From an uncultured Acidimicrobiaceae bacterium (GTDB lineage Bacteria; Actinomycetota; Acidimicrobiia; Acidimicrobiales; RAAP-2), in contig CAVZZJ010000009.1 in NCBI GenBank assembly GCA_963779735.1, positions 189,622 through 253,621 on the forward strand: a DNA stretch of 64,000 nt. Reading direction: 5' to 3'. The notes beneath the pieces are model-generated. The model searched no databases. It worked only from the letters and a program-made list of their open reading frames with translations, and was not told the DNA's origin. The position numbers and the translations under genes were made by a program. Within the stretch, counting starts at the first letter, position 1. Each line of letters starts with the position of its first letter. Below, piece after piece: positions 1 through 9,426 of the stretch.

Positions 1-147
1 CGAATCGCCCTCGAGCACCTCCTCGACCGCCTGCCCGACCTCACGCTCGCCGAGCCCGGGGAACCCGACCATAGACCGGCAAACTTCGTCAGCGGCTACG
101 AGCGCTTGCCCGTTCGCTACACCCCGACCGCCACCGTCGGTCGGTGA
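1..147 (+). CDS. cytochrome P450, C-terminal fragment (gene begins upstream of window)
   Basis: Frame 1 reads RIALEHLLDRLPDLTLAEPGEPDHRPANFVSGYERLPVRYTPTATVGR*. This resembles a typical P450 C-terminal segment. Stop TGA at 145-147. Confidence 0.55.
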   Translation, partial: RIALEHLLDRLPDLTLAEPGEPDHRPANFVSGYERLPVRYTPTATVGR

Positions 148-202
148 GCCAGCCGGTCGCCGCCCGCCGTCCCGTCGGTTGCGCGGCCGCGCGCCGGTCG
201 GC

Positions 203-586
203 TCATTGGCGGCTGATGTACTGAATGGCGCGTCGGGCGATGAGCCACACTCCGTCCTGCTTGACGAGAGTGTCGCTGTACCAGCCCGTCATGAACCGGC
301 CGGTCTCGCTGGCGCGGAACATGAAGGACTGCTCGGCTTCGGCGGTGCCGTCGGCGTCTCCCGCTCGAATCACCGGGGATGCGACGAGGTGCACTCCTCG
401 CATCCCGTTCTCGACCATCCGACGCCTGTCCTCGACTGTCCTGAAGGTCCCCATCCCCGGTACGACGAACTCGCAAGCCTCCGTGAACAGGGCGGTCCAT
501 TCGTCGAGACGTCGTTGGTCGATCAGCAGGCCGTAGCGCGACAGCAGCTCGGTTATGGCCTGGCGGTCATGGAGGTCAAGCGTCAC
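203..586 (-). CDS. SnoaL-like / NTF2-fold protein
   Basis: 127-aa ORF. The N-terminus (DRQAITELLSRYGLLIDQRRLDEW..LFTE) is typical of the SnoaL_4 family. Its start overlaps the stop of the upstream LLM gene (ATGA). Confidence 0.75.
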   Translation of the reverse strand: MTLDLHDRQAITELLSRYGLLIDQRRLDEWTALFTEACEFVVPGMGTFRTVEDRRRMVENGMRGVHLVASPVIRAGDADGTAEAEQSFMFRASETGRFMTGWYSDTLVKQDGVWLIARRAIQYISRQ

Positions 587-1473
587 CGCAACACCTCCGC
601 GGCACGAAGCAGGACCTCAAGATGCCCGTCGGGCCACGTGGCGCCCGCTCGCAGGGAGTTGATCGCCACGGCGTCGGCCCCCGCATCGCTCCATCGTGCC
701 GCCCGATCGGCCAGACGGTGCAGGTTGTCGGCGCGGACGGCGACGTGACCCTCAAGGCCGATGCGCTCGGGGTCGCGGCCGGCCTCGGCGGCGGCCTTGC
801 GTATGTCGTGCCACGCCGCCTCGAATCCCGATCCGGGTTGCACCTGGGGCATGGGCAGCCACCCGTCGGCGAACCGGCCGACGCGAGCCCCGGCGCGAGC
901 GTCGGTCCCGCAACCGATCCAAATCGGCACTTCCTGCCGGGGAATTGGGGCGATTCCCGCTGCATCGACCACCTCTGATCCCACGCGGGCTGTGATGGCC
1001 GCTTCCGCCCACAGCCGGCGCAGCAGCGGGATCTGCTCCTCCATGCGAGCCGCCCGGGAGCCAAAGTCGACACCCAGGGCGTCATATTCGACGGCGTTCC
1101 AGCCGATGCCCACCCCGAGCCGGACACGCCCCGGTGCCAGCAGCTGCAAGGTGGCCACCTGCTTGGCCACCAGTGCGGTCTGGCGCTGCGGAAGGACCAG
1201 GATGTCGGTCACCAGCTCCATGCGGCACTCGCGTGCCAGGTAGGCGAAGAGCATGAACGGCTCCAAGAACGGATCGCGGAGGTCGTAGACGCCGTCCCAT
1301 CCGGGCCGGGCGCCGGCGTCCGCGCCCAGGACATGGTCGTAAATCAGGAGGTGGTCGTAGCCAGCCTCCTCCAGCCTGCGGACGAACTCGACGAGCTCGT
1401 CGCCGTCCACCCGATCGAACTCGGCCTGGGGGAAGACGGCACCAAGGCGGATCGCGGCGCTCCTAACTACCAT
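583..1473 (-). CDS. LLM-class (luciferase-like) F420-dependent oxidoreductase
   Basis: ORF 583..1500 has luciferase-like TIM-barrel features (RLGAVFPQ.., RLGVGIGWN, FGSRAARMEEQI). I set the start at the internal Met (MVVRSAAIRLG) because an ATG at 1500 would overlap the divergent start at 1499. Confidence 0.8.
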   Translation of the reverse strand: MVVRSAAIRLGAVFPQAEFDRVDGDELVEFVRRLEEAGYDHLLIYDHVLGADAGARPGWDGVYDLRDPFLEPFMLFAYLARECRMELVTDILVLPQRQTALVAKQVATLQLLAPGRVRLGVGIGWNAVEYDALGVDFGSRAARMEEQIPLLRRLWAEAAITARVGSEVVDAAGIAPIPRQEVPIWIGCGTDARAGARVGRFADGWLPMPQVQPGSGFEAAWHDIRKAAAEAGRDPERIGLEGHVAVRADNLHRLADRAARWSDAGADAVAINSLRAGATWPDGHLEVLLRAAEVLR

Positions 1474-1498
1474 CGCGCTCACCGAGGGAGGCGTTTGC

Positions 1499-1921
1499 AT
1501 GGACAGGTGGCATCACGACCTACAGATACGCACGGTCATCGACAACTACGCCATCGGCATCGACCGTCGCGACTGGGAACTGGTACGCGGCTGCTTCACG
1601 AAGGACTGCGCTGCCGACTACGGCCCGACGAGTAGTTGGACGTCCAGGGAGCCGTTCATGGAGTGGCTCGAGCAGATCCACCGACAGATGGGCCCGACGA
1701 TGCATAGGATCACAAACTACAGCGTGCACGTCGACGGCTCCTCGGCGACCGCCACTTCGTACTTCGACGCCCTCCTGAAGGTCGACCACGCCGAGCAGGA
1801 CCTGCGCCAGGTCGTGGGCACCTACAGCGACCGCCTGCTCCTGACCGACACCGGATGGCAGATCAGCGCCCGTCGCGCCGAGAACTTCCTGTGGCGAAGA
1901 GGTAGCCAAAGACAGCTGTGA
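1499..1921 (+). CDS. SnoaL-like / NTF2-fold protein
   Basis: 140-aa ORF with LQIRTVIDNYAIGIDRRDWELVRGCFTKD, typical of the SnoaL_4 family. Confidence 0.75.
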   Translation: MDRWHHDLQIRTVIDNYAIGIDRRDWELVRGCFTKDCAADYGPTSSWTSREPFMEWLEQIHRQMGPTMHRITNYSVHVDGSSATATSYFDALLKVDHAEQDLRQVVGTYSDRLLLTDTGWQISARRAENFLWRRGSQRQL

Positions 1922-3033
1922 CCGGAGGGCGCGGTAGTTTGTCCGCCGAGAGGGGGCGCCCCATGGGGTCAGAAGAGGCAGTCAGGATACCGGACACCCT
2001 CGAGGAGCTCCTCTCGCCCGGGTGGCTGAACACCGCCCTCGGACGTCCGTTTCCCGGCGTTCGAGTCGCCGCGGCGGTGGTCGGGCGCGTGGAGAGTCGC
2101 ATCTCGACCAACGCGTGCTTCCGCATCGAATGCGAGGGGGAGCTGCCCGAGGGGTTGTCTGCCAACCTCTGTGCCAAGGGCTACTTCTCCGACACCGGCA
2201 CGGCGGCCCACCGGATGGCCGGCGAGTCCGAGACGCGCTTCTACCGCGACCTGACGGCCGCAGCCGGCGTCCGGACGCTGCCCGGTGTCTTCGCCGAGTG
2301 GGACGTGGCCAGCGACAACGGTGTGGTCATCACCGAGGACGTCACCGCCTCGGGCGCCACCTTCCTCGACCCACGAGACCGCCACCCGGCGTCGGAGGTG
2401 GCGACGAGCCTGGAGCAGTATGTGACCCTGCACGCGAGGACGTGGAACGGCAACCGGCTCGGCGCGGCCGAGTGGCTCTCCTCCCCCATCGCCAGGACGG
2501 CGGGCGCCCGTGGGATTCCCGAAATCCAGAGCCAGTTCGACGGCCCGATCGGCGCCGGCGTGCCGAAGGAAGCCCGGGACGCCGTGAGCCTCGTGGGGGC
2601 GTTCAAGGCCCTCACAGAGGTCAACACGTCGTCGCCATCGTGGTGCCTCCTGCACGGAGACGCCCACATCGGCAACCTGTTCAGGGATAGCGCCGGGCTG
2701 CCCTGCCTGTTGGATTGGCAGTTGGTGCAGCGCGGCCCTTGGTATGTGGACGTCGGCTACCACATCGCGTCCTCCCTCAGCGTCGAGGATCGCCGGGCCT
2801 CGGAACGCGATCTGTTGGGCCACTACCTCGAGCGGTTGGCCTCGCAAGGCGTGGCCGTCCCGACGTGGGACGAGGTGTGGTTCGGCTTCTGTTGCGGGAT
2901 CGTCTACGGGTTGTTCCTGTGGTCGATCACCCAGAAAGTCAAGCCGGAGATCACCGCCGTCCTACTCGAACGGATCGGCACCGCCGCGGCGGACCACGAC
3001 GCCTACCGAGTGGTCCTGGGCGAGCGAGCCTGA
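1918..3033 (+). CDS. phosphotransferase family protein (APH / choline-kinase-like kinase fold)
   Basis: 371-aa ORF with Brenner-type catalytic motif LLHGDAHIGNLF followed by LLDWQL. The GTG start overlaps the upstream stop (GTGA). An alternative ATG lies at 1963. Confidence 0.75.
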   Translation: MTGGRGSLSAERGRPMGSEEAVRIPDTLEELLSPGWLNTALGRPFPGVRVAAAVVGRVESRISTNACFRIECEGELPEGLSANLCAKGYFSDTGTAAHRMAGESETRFYRDLTAAAGVRTLPGVFAEWDVASDNGVVITEDVTASGATFLDPRDRHPASEVATSLEQYVTLHARTWNGNRLGAAEWLSSPIARTAGARGIPEIQSQFDGPIGAGVPKEARDAVSLVGAFKALTEVNTSSPSWCLLHGDAHIGNLFRDSAGLPCLLDWQLVQRGPWYVDVGYHIASSLSVEDRRASERDLLGHYLERLASQGVAVPTWDEVWFGFCCGIVYGLFLWSITQKVKPEITAVLLERIGTAAADHDAYRVVLGERA

Positions 3034-3038
3034 CGCAG

Positions 3039-3836
3039 ATGCGGGAGGTGTTCGGGCTGGAGGGTGAGCCGGCGCTCGTGGTCGGCGGGGGCTTCGGAAG
3101 CGGGCGGCTGACGTCGCTTCTCTTGGCCCGGGCCGGCGCTTCGGTGGCCGTCGCCGACATCGACGGCGACCGGGCCCGCAGCGTCGCCGCCGAGGTCGGC
3201 GGCCACGCCATCGTGGCCGACGTCACCACCCCGGACGGAGCCACCGCCGCCGTGGACGAGGCGCACGAGGAGCTCGGCGGCCTGACTCGCCTGGCCAACA
3301 TCGTCGGACTCGTGGACCAGCGGGCGTTCCTCGACAGTGACCCCGCACTGTGGGACGCCCAGATCAGGCTGAACCTCTTGTCGCACATGTACGTGTGCCA
3401 TGCCGCCGGACGACACATGGTCGCCGCGGGTCGGGGCGTCATCGCGATGGTGGCGTCGGTGAGCGGTGTGTACGGTGCCCGGAACCAAGCCGCCTACGGT
3501 GCCGCCAAGGCGGGCGTGATGTCCCTGGCCCGCACGCTCGCCGACGAGTGGGGCCCCCACGGCGTTCGCGTCAACTGCGTCGCTCCGGACATCACCGCCG
3601 TGCCGCGCCTCATGGCGCAACTGCCCGGGTCCGAAGAGGAGATCCTGGCGCAGTTCGACGCCATGGCCGCCGCCGACGGCGTGCCGCTTCGGAGATTCGG
3701 CCGCACCCACGAGATCGCCGGACCTCTGCTGTTCTTGCTCTCCGATCTGTCGTCGTTCATGTCCGGTCAGACCCTGGTCGTCGACGGTGGCACCATGGTC
3801 CACTTCCCACACCACACGGCCGCTGATCGGGCCTGA
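3039..3836 (+). CDS. SDR family oxidoreductase
   Basis: ATG at 3039 within ORF 2715..3836. It has a Gly-rich NAD(P) site (VVGGGFGSGR) and the catalytic YGAAK motif. The upstream part of the ORF overlaps the kinase gene. Confidence 0.85.
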   Translation: MREVFGLEGEPALVVGGGFGSGRLTSLLLARAGASVAVADIDGDRARSVAAEVGGHAIVADVTTPDGATAAVDEAHEELGGLTRLANIVGLVDQRAFLDSDPALWDAQIRLNLLSHMYVCHAAGRHMVAAGRGVIAMVASVSGVYGARNQAAYGAAKAGVMSLARTLADEWGPHGVRVNCVAPDITAVPRLMAQLPGSEEEILAQFDAMAAADGVPLRRFGRTHEIAGPLLFLLSDLSSFMSGQTLVVDGGTMVHFPHHTAADRA

Positions 3837-3935
3837 CCGGCACTCGAGCGTGCTCCGGCTCGTGTCGCCGTTCGGGCGTGATCGCCGGGCCAGGGTACTG
3901 TGGCAGCTCAGGGTGCACGACGCGGAGGGGTGGGC

Positions 3936-5192
3936 ATGACGACCGTCTCGGAGAACGAGCTGATGACCCGGGTGGAGGGTGATGCTCCCATGGGCCGGCT
4001 GATGCGGGAGAACTACTGGATCCCCTTCGCCCTCTCGGAGAACCTGGCGGCGGGAGACGCCCCGACGCCGGTGCGCCTGTTCGGCGAGAACTACATCGCC
4101 TTCCGGGCCGAGAACGGCCAGATCGGCTTCTTCGACGAGCTCTGCCCCCACCGGCGCGCCTCGTTGGCCCTGGGGCGCATAGAGGGCAACGGCGTGCGGT
4201 GCATCTATCACGGCTGGAAGATCGACGTGTCGGGCTGCGTGGCCGAGGCGCCCACCCAGGTCCAGCGGCCCGAGCAGTTCGCCGCCAGCGTGCGGGTCGC
4301 CCACTTCCCGGTGCACGAGGCGGGCGGGATCGCCTGGGTGTGGCTCGGCGCCGCCGACGAGCCGGCCTTCCCCGACCTGCCCTTCGACGCCCAGCACGGG
4401 GTCAACACCAAGATCACCGTCTCGCTTTTGCCCTGCAACTGGCTCCAGGGCCTAGAAGGCGGGCTCGACTCGGTGCACGGCACCATCTTGCATCAGACCT
4501 GGCTACGCGAGATCACCGGTGAGAAGCGCGCATCGATGGACACCGGAGGGGTCGATTCTACGTTCGCCGCCCCGCCCCGCTACGAGACGGAGACGACGCC
4601 CTACGGCATGCGAGCGGCCTCGCTGCGTAGCGTCGGCGAGGGCCAGACCTACACCCGGTTGTCGCACTTCTTCTTCCCCCTGGTCATCGTGGTGCCCACC
4701 GGCTGGGTCGACCACACCCAGATCTTCGCCTTCACCCCGGTCGACGACACCCACCACCAGGTCTTCTTCGGAAACTACGGCGTGGTGCCCCAGATGACGC
4801 AGTGGGACTTCGGCTCCGTCCGACGGGATATCGAGACCGATCCCCGGAACTTCGCCGCCGTCGGCGGCGATCGATCGAGCCGGTGGGGCCAGGACCGAGA
4901 GCTGATGAACGCCGGTCACTTCACCGGCATGGCTCGGAGCGTGATTGACGAGGACGCCCTCGTCCAGGTGAGCATGGGGCCCATCGTCGATCGATCCAAG
5001 GAGAACCTCTCCTCCAGCGACGTCGCCATCGCCCAGGCCCGTCGGCTGATCCTCGACTCGCTCGCCGCGGCCGAGACGGGCGGACTCCCCCCGGGCAGCG
5101 CACTGACCCCCGAGGTGATCCACGTCCCTCACCCCATGGACGCGACGGTGGAGGACGGTGTCTCGTGGCGCGAGCTTCAGAGCGTGAGCTGA
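3936..5192 (+). CDS. Rieske [2Fe-2S] aromatic-ring-hydroxylating oxygenase, alpha subunit-like
   Basis: Rieske motif CPHRRASL..(17 aa)..CIYHGWK. The length and C-terminal catalytic domain fit the KshA/phthalate-family type. Start taken at MTTVSENE. Confidence 0.85.
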   Translation: MTTVSENELMTRVEGDAPMGRLMRENYWIPFALSENLAAGDAPTPVRLFGENYIAFRAENGQIGFFDELCPHRRASLALGRIEGNGVRCIYHGWKIDVSGCVAEAPTQVQRPEQFAASVRVAHFPVHEAGGIAWVWLGAADEPAFPDLPFDAQHGVNTKITVSLLPCNWLQGLEGGLDSVHGTILHQTWLREITGEKRASMDTGGVDSTFAAPPRYETETTPYGMRAASLRSVGEGQTYTRLSHFFFPLVIVVPTGWVDHTQIFAFTPVDDTHHQVFFGNYGVVPQMTQWDFGSVRRDIETDPRNFAAVGGDRSSRWGQDRELMNAGHFTGMARSVIDEDALVQVSMGPIVDRSKENLSSSDVAIAQARRLILDSLAAAETGGLPPGSALTPEVIHVPHPMDATVEDGVSWRELQSVS

Positions 5193-5230
5193 CGAGGACG
5201 GGGACGGGGACGACGACGGGGACGGGCCGC

Positions 5231-6259
5231 CTACGCTGAGGCGTCGCCCCGAGGGACGGTGCCCGCGGCGGGGAGATAGGGGAACCGAGCCAGGCCCTGG
5301 TCGCGGGCTGCGCCCACCCAGATTTCGTCGCCCACCTGAAGTCCGGTTGTCGCCGCGCCGAACGTTTCGGGCCCGTACGCAACGACGGTCTCCATGGCCA
5401 GCGTGTCGGGGTCCACGAGCAGGACTCGGGACGGGAACGAGAGGCGCGGCTCGGGCCCGAAGTGGCCGGCGATGAACTCCTCGGCGGTGGTGTCACAGGC
5501 GCCGGCGGCGAGGAGCCGGCCGTCAGAGGTCCACGTCAGGTTGTCGGTCAGGATGTCGGTGCCGACGACGGACGACTCGGGGAGCGATCCACCGCGCCGC
5601 GCCTTTTTGATGCAGCGAGAGTGCCAGCCCCCTATGTAGACCCAGTGGCCGTCCTTGGACACGGCGACGCCGTTGGCGCTGTTGATCCCGGTTCCCGGCA
5701 GCTCGCTCCAGCCAGCTCCGGGCGACCATTCGAGGACGCCGCCGGTCTCATCGCCCGCCTCGGCACGGGCCATGCCCTGCTCCATTCCATCCCCCCGGAT
5801 CACGTTGACGCTCACGACGAACCCGCCCCCGTCCACGGCCGCGACGTCGTTGCCGACCGCGGAGCCGGGCAACATGGCGGCGCCGATCCAGCGCAGCGTC
5901 GGGCGGGCGGTGCCCTCCACCACCACCTCGAACACCTCGACCGACTCACGCCAGCCGTGATTGACGACGAACAGCTCGCCGATCCCGTCGGGGCGCAGCG
6001 CGATGTCGATGCCATGCGGCTCGAAGCGCAGCGGCTCGAGCGGCGCATGGCTCCCGAAGCGATCCGCGTCGAGGGCGTAGGAGGCGAGGTACGGGAAGAT
6101 CTCGTTGCACGAGTGGTCGCCGGCATCGACGGCGTAGAGCCGGCCCTGCGCCGCGCTCACCCCGGTCATGCCCGAGGTGACGATCCACTTGCTGGCGGGT
6201 ACCGGCGCCAGGTCCTCGGCATTGATCGGACCCCACACGTAGCCCTTCGCCTCGCTCAT
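5231..6259 (-). CDS. beta-propeller protein (arylesterase / strictosidine-synthase / SMP-30-like fold), function unknown
   Basis: 342-aa ORF with coding-like composition and repeated blade-like segments (NGVAVS.DG, GGF.VSV). The family assignment is tentative. Confidence 0.5.
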   Translation of the reverse strand: MSEAKGYVWGPINAEDLAPVPASKWIVTSGMTGVSAAQGRLYAVDAGDHSCNEIFPYLASYALDADRFGSHAPLEPLRFEPHGIDIALRPDGIGELFVVNHGWRESVEVFEVVVEGTARPTLRWIGAAMLPGSAVGNDVAAVDGGGFVVSVNVIRGDGMEQGMARAEAGDETGGVLEWSPGAGWSELPGTGINSANGVAVSKDGHWVYIGGWHSRCIKKARRGGSLPESSVVGTDILTDNLTWTSDGRLLAAGACDTTAEEFIAGHFGPEPRLSFPSRVLLVDPDTLAMETVVAYGPETFGAATTGLQVGDEIWVGAARDQGLARFPYLPAAGTVPRGDASA

Positions 6260-6285
6260 GGACCCCCCTTGCGCGCCCGGCAGGC

Positions 6286-7050
6286 TCAGGCGCCCAGCCG
6301 GTCCAGCATGTCGCTCGCCCGCTCGAGGCTGCGCCGCGTGGCGGACAGATAGCCCTCCGCCTCAATCTTCGGGCCGATCAGCTCCAGGTCGAACATGCCC
6401 TCATAGCCGGCACTGAGGATCAGGCCCAGCAGGCGTTCGAGGGGAATGTCCCCGTCACCGATCGCCACGCGGTCCGGCGACGACAGGGTCCCGATCTTGA
6501 AGTCGGCGATCTGGACCAACGTGATCATCTCCATGTTCTTCCGCAGCAGCTCCTCGAAGCCGCGCTCGTACCAACAGCAGGCCAACTCGAGCACGACGCC
6601 CGACCCGATGGCCCGCGCCAGCTCCAGCGAGTCGCGCAACGTGAAGATGAAGCTGATGTCGAGCCGCAACGAGTTCGTCGGCTCCACGGCGAACGTGATG
6701 CCCAGCTCGTTGGCCCTGGCCACCGTCGGCGCTATGCGCCGGGCGAAGTCGTCGGCCGCCTCCTCCCACAGCCGCGAGCCGATGGTGCCCGGGGTGATCC
6801 ACACCGAGTCCGCCCCCACGGCCGCCCCGAACTCGAGGGCCTCGCTGAGCACGCGCTCCTCGGTGCCGATGTTCGACACCTGCAGCCCCGTGTCGGCCAC
6901 CAAGGTGGCGTCCCAGCCGATCGCCTCTATCTTGGGCGAGATGACGCCGATGTTGGTGACACCGAGCTCCCTCCAGAACTCGACCTCTTCGACGAACGGG
7001 ATGGCACCGGCGCACTCCTCGTCCACCGAGATGCGGGGATGCCACGCCAT
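6286..7050 (-). CDS. sugar phosphate isomerase/epimerase (xylose-isomerase-like TIM barrel)
   Basis: 254-aa ORF with AP-endonuclease-2 / xylose-isomerase-like TIM pattern (..LGVTNIGV.., ELGITFAVEPTN, LVQIADF). Confidence 0.75.
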   Translation of the reverse strand: MAWHPRISVDEECAGAIPFVEEVEFWRELGVTNIGVISPKIEAIGWDATLVADTGLQVSNIGTEERVLSEALEFGAAVGADSVWITPGTIGSRLWEEAADDFARRIAPTVARANELGITFAVEPTNSLRLDISFIFTLRDSLELARAIGSGVVLELACCWYERGFEELLRKNMEMITLVQIADFKIGTLSSPDRVAIGDGDIPLERLLGLILSAGYEGMFDLELIGPKIEAEGYLSATRRSLERASDMLDRLGA

Positions 7051-7125
7051 GCGCGCAGGCTAACAGCCCCCGGCCACTCGGAGCCGGTGGTCGACTGAGC
7101 GCTCCTTTGTGCGCACCGGCCGGTC

Positions 7126-8031
7126 TCAGCCGGCGAAGCGCCGCTCGGGCACGCCACGGACCCCGAGGCCCCGCACCGCCAGCACACACCCGCCCAACGG
7201 GCCCGGTGGGGCTACCTCGCCCTCCAGCGTGGCGCTGCCCATGGACGTGACGAACAGGACGTCGAGGTCGGGACCTCCGAAGGCGACACTCGTGGGCATG
7301 CCGAGGGGCATGGGGAGTTGGCGATCGAGCGTCCCGTCGGGCGCATAGCGGCGGACGTCGCCGCCGTTGAAGGAGGCCACCCACACGAACCCCTCCTCGT
7401 CGACCGTCGCCCCGTCGGGCACCCCCGCCGACTCTCCGAACGCCGCCACCACGCGTTGGTGCGATGCCTCACCGGTGGAGGTGTCGTAGTCGTAGGCGTA
7501 AATCCGGCGGGCCCAGCTGTCGTTCCAAAAGAGCGTGGCGCCGTCGGGGCTGAAGCAGGGGCCGTTGCTGATCCCGATACCGCCGGCGAGGAGGCGCACC
7601 TGAAGGTCAGCATCGACGCGGTAGAGGGTCGGGGGGAGATCGGCGCTGTCGACGCGGTCGCGCGTCGCCGGGTCGAGAAGATCCCGGTCGACCATGCCGG
7701 TGACGAACCGGCCCTGGCGGTCCACCTTCCCGTCGTTGAAGCTCCAGCCCGGTCCGGCCTCGCTTTCGAAGATCGGCTCGGACTCCCCCGTCTGCAGATT
7801 TAGGAGGTGGATGGCCGCGCCCATGGTCACGATGGCTCCGCCCCCGGCTCGGAGAGCCAGGGCCGAGAGATGCCCCGGTGCCTCGAACACCCGGATCTCC
7901 CGGCCATCGGCCGTGCTGCAGAACACCAGCCCGCCGAAGACGTCGATCCAGTACAGGCGCTGCTCGTCGACGTCCCAGATCGGATTCTCGCCGAGCGTCG
8001 TCAGCACGGGCGTCACGACGTAAATCTCCAT
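7126..8031 (-). CDS. SMP-30/gluconolactonase/LRE family protein
   Basis: ATG at 8031 (MEIYVV..) within ORF 7126..8487. Motifs: LGENPIWD..QRLYWIDV, NDGKVDRQGRF, SNGPCFSPDG..L.W.DS, PDG..VDEEGFVWVA. Confidence 0.8.
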   Translation of the reverse strand: MEIYVVTPVLTTLGENPIWDVDEQRLYWIDVFGGLVFCSTADGREIRVFEAPGHLSALALRAGGGAIVTMGAAIHLLNLQTGESEPIFESEAGPGWSFNDGKVDRQGRFVTGMVDRDLLDPATRDRVDSADLPPTLYRVDADLQVRLLAGGIGISNGPCFSPDGATLFWNDSWARRIYAYDYDTSTGEASHQRVVAAFGESAGVPDGATVDEEGFVWVASFNGGDVRRYAPDGTLDRQLPMPLGMPTSVAFGGPDLDVLFVTSMGSATLEGEVAPPGPLGGCVLAVRGLGVRGVPERRFAG

Positions 8032-8206
8032 ACCCCCCCGTCCTCCCTCCACCTGGTTCGCCGCCGACGCTACCCGACCCGGCGCGAACCGGGGCCGGGC
8101 TCCAGGGGGATCGGCGCCGCCGGTCGGGTAAGGTCCACCCGGCGGCAGTTGGTCCCGGGCGGGGAAGCGGCCCGGGCCGGACAGCGACACGGAGGGGGAA
8201 GCCCGA

Positions 8207-8986
8207 ATGACAGTCACCGTGGTAACCGGAGCTGCCAGCGGCATGGGCCGCAGCTGCGTCGACCGGCTGCTCGGCACGACCGAGCACCTGGTCGCCGTCG
8301 ACCTCAAGGCACCGAAGATAGAGGGAGCCTCGGGGCTGGCCTGCGATGTCTCGGATCCCGACGCCGTCGCCGGCCTGATCGAACGGGTGCAGGAGCTCGG
8401 CGCCTTCCGGGCACTGGCCCACGCCGCGGGCGTCTCGCCGACGATGGCCGACGCCCGGCGGGTGCTCGAGGTCGACCTGGTCGGCACGGCCCTCCTGCTC
8501 GAGGCGTTCGAGCCGCTCGTGGTGCACGGATCGGCCGCGGTGTGCTGGTCCTCGAGCTCGGCCTACCAGATCGCGCCCGCCGGGGGCGATCCGGATCGTG
8601 ACCCGGTCCTCGACGTCCCCCTGTCGCCCGACTTCCTCGAGCGCATGGTGCCGCTGGTCTCCGACAGCGGCACCGCCTATGCGTGGGCCAAGCGGGGTGT
8701 GATCCGGGCGGTGGCGAGGGCGTCGGTGCCCTGGGGCCAGCGCGGCGGGCGGGTCAACTCGGTGGCGCCCGGCCTCATTGAGACACCGATGGGCATGCAG
8801 GAGTTCGAGGAGCACCCCATCATGAAGATGATGCTCGACAAGACGCCGCTCGGCCGGCTCGGCCGTTCCGAGGAGGTGGCCGCGCTCGCCGCGTACCTGC
8901 TCTCGGACGACGCGTCGTTCGTCTCGGGGGTCGACATCCTCATAGACGGCGCCATGATGCCCGGGATCGCCGAGCTCTTCTCCTAG
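8207..8986 (+). CDS. SDR family oxidoreductase
   Basis: N-terminal TGAASGMG Rossmann motif, YAWAK catalytic motif, 259 aa. Confidence 0.85.
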   Translation: MTVTVVTGAASGMGRSCVDRLLGTTEHLVAVDLKAPKIEGASGLACDVSDPDAVAGLIERVQELGAFRALAHAAGVSPTMADARRVLEVDLVGTALLLEAFEPLVVHGSAAVCWSSSSAYQIAPAGGDPDRDPVLDVPLSPDFLERMVPLVSDSGTAYAWAKRGVIRAVARASVPWGQRGGRVNSVAPGLIETPMGMQEFEEHPIMKMMLDKTPLGRLGRSEEVAALAAYLLSDDASFVSGVDILIDGAMMPGIAELFS

Positions 8987-9004
8987 GACGACAAGGAGCC
9001 ACAC

Positions 9005-9358
9005 ATGCCCAAATTCCATCACGCCAATCTGGGCGTCCCGCCCGAGCTCGCCGACGCCGAGGGAGAGTTCCTGGTCGGCATCCTCGGCTACCGCCGGCTC
9101 GAGCCCCCGCCGGCGGCGCGCGGCTTCGGCGCCCTGTGGTACGAGGCTGACGACGGCACGCAGGTCCACCTCAGCCCCGACCCCGACCACCGTCCCGCCG
9201 ACAAGGCGCACACGGCGATCGACGTCCGCGGCGAATGCGACGAGATAGTGGCGCGCCTCACAGCCGCAGGCGTGCCGTTCACCGCGGGTGAGTTCGACGG
9301 ACTGCGACTGGTGGTCTGCAAGGACCCGGCCGGGAACGGCTGGGAGCTGCGCGGCTGA
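9005..9358 (+). CDS. VOC (glyoxalase/bleomycin-resistance/dioxygenase) family protein
   Basis: 117-aa ORF. It has FHHANLGV at the N-terminus and DPAGNGWEL at the C-terminus, as expected for a VOC fold. Confidence 0.7.
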   Translation: MPKFHHANLGVPPELADAEGEFLVGILGYRRLEPPPAARGFGALWYEADDGTQVHLSPDPDHRPADKAHTAIDVRGECDEIVARLTAAGVPFTAGEFDGLRLVVCKDPAGNGWELRG

Positions 9359-9426
9359 TGCCCGCGGTGCGAGGGGGTTCCACTTCGCGCCGGCCGATCG
9401 ATCGTCCCCGGCCATAGGCGCCCACG

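Noticed and set aside
3003-4397. Very long ORFs antisense to, or out of frame with, recognised genes. Examples: 3003..4397(-), 7607..9415(-), 10251..11420(-), 12093..14003(-), 24988..26133(-), 43023..43811(-), 51678..53279(-), 60043..61884(+).
   Set aside because: Their Arg/Pro/Gly/Ala-rich, low-complexity translations are typical of shadow ORFs in high-GC DNA. Each overlaps a gene with clear family motifs on the other strand or frame.
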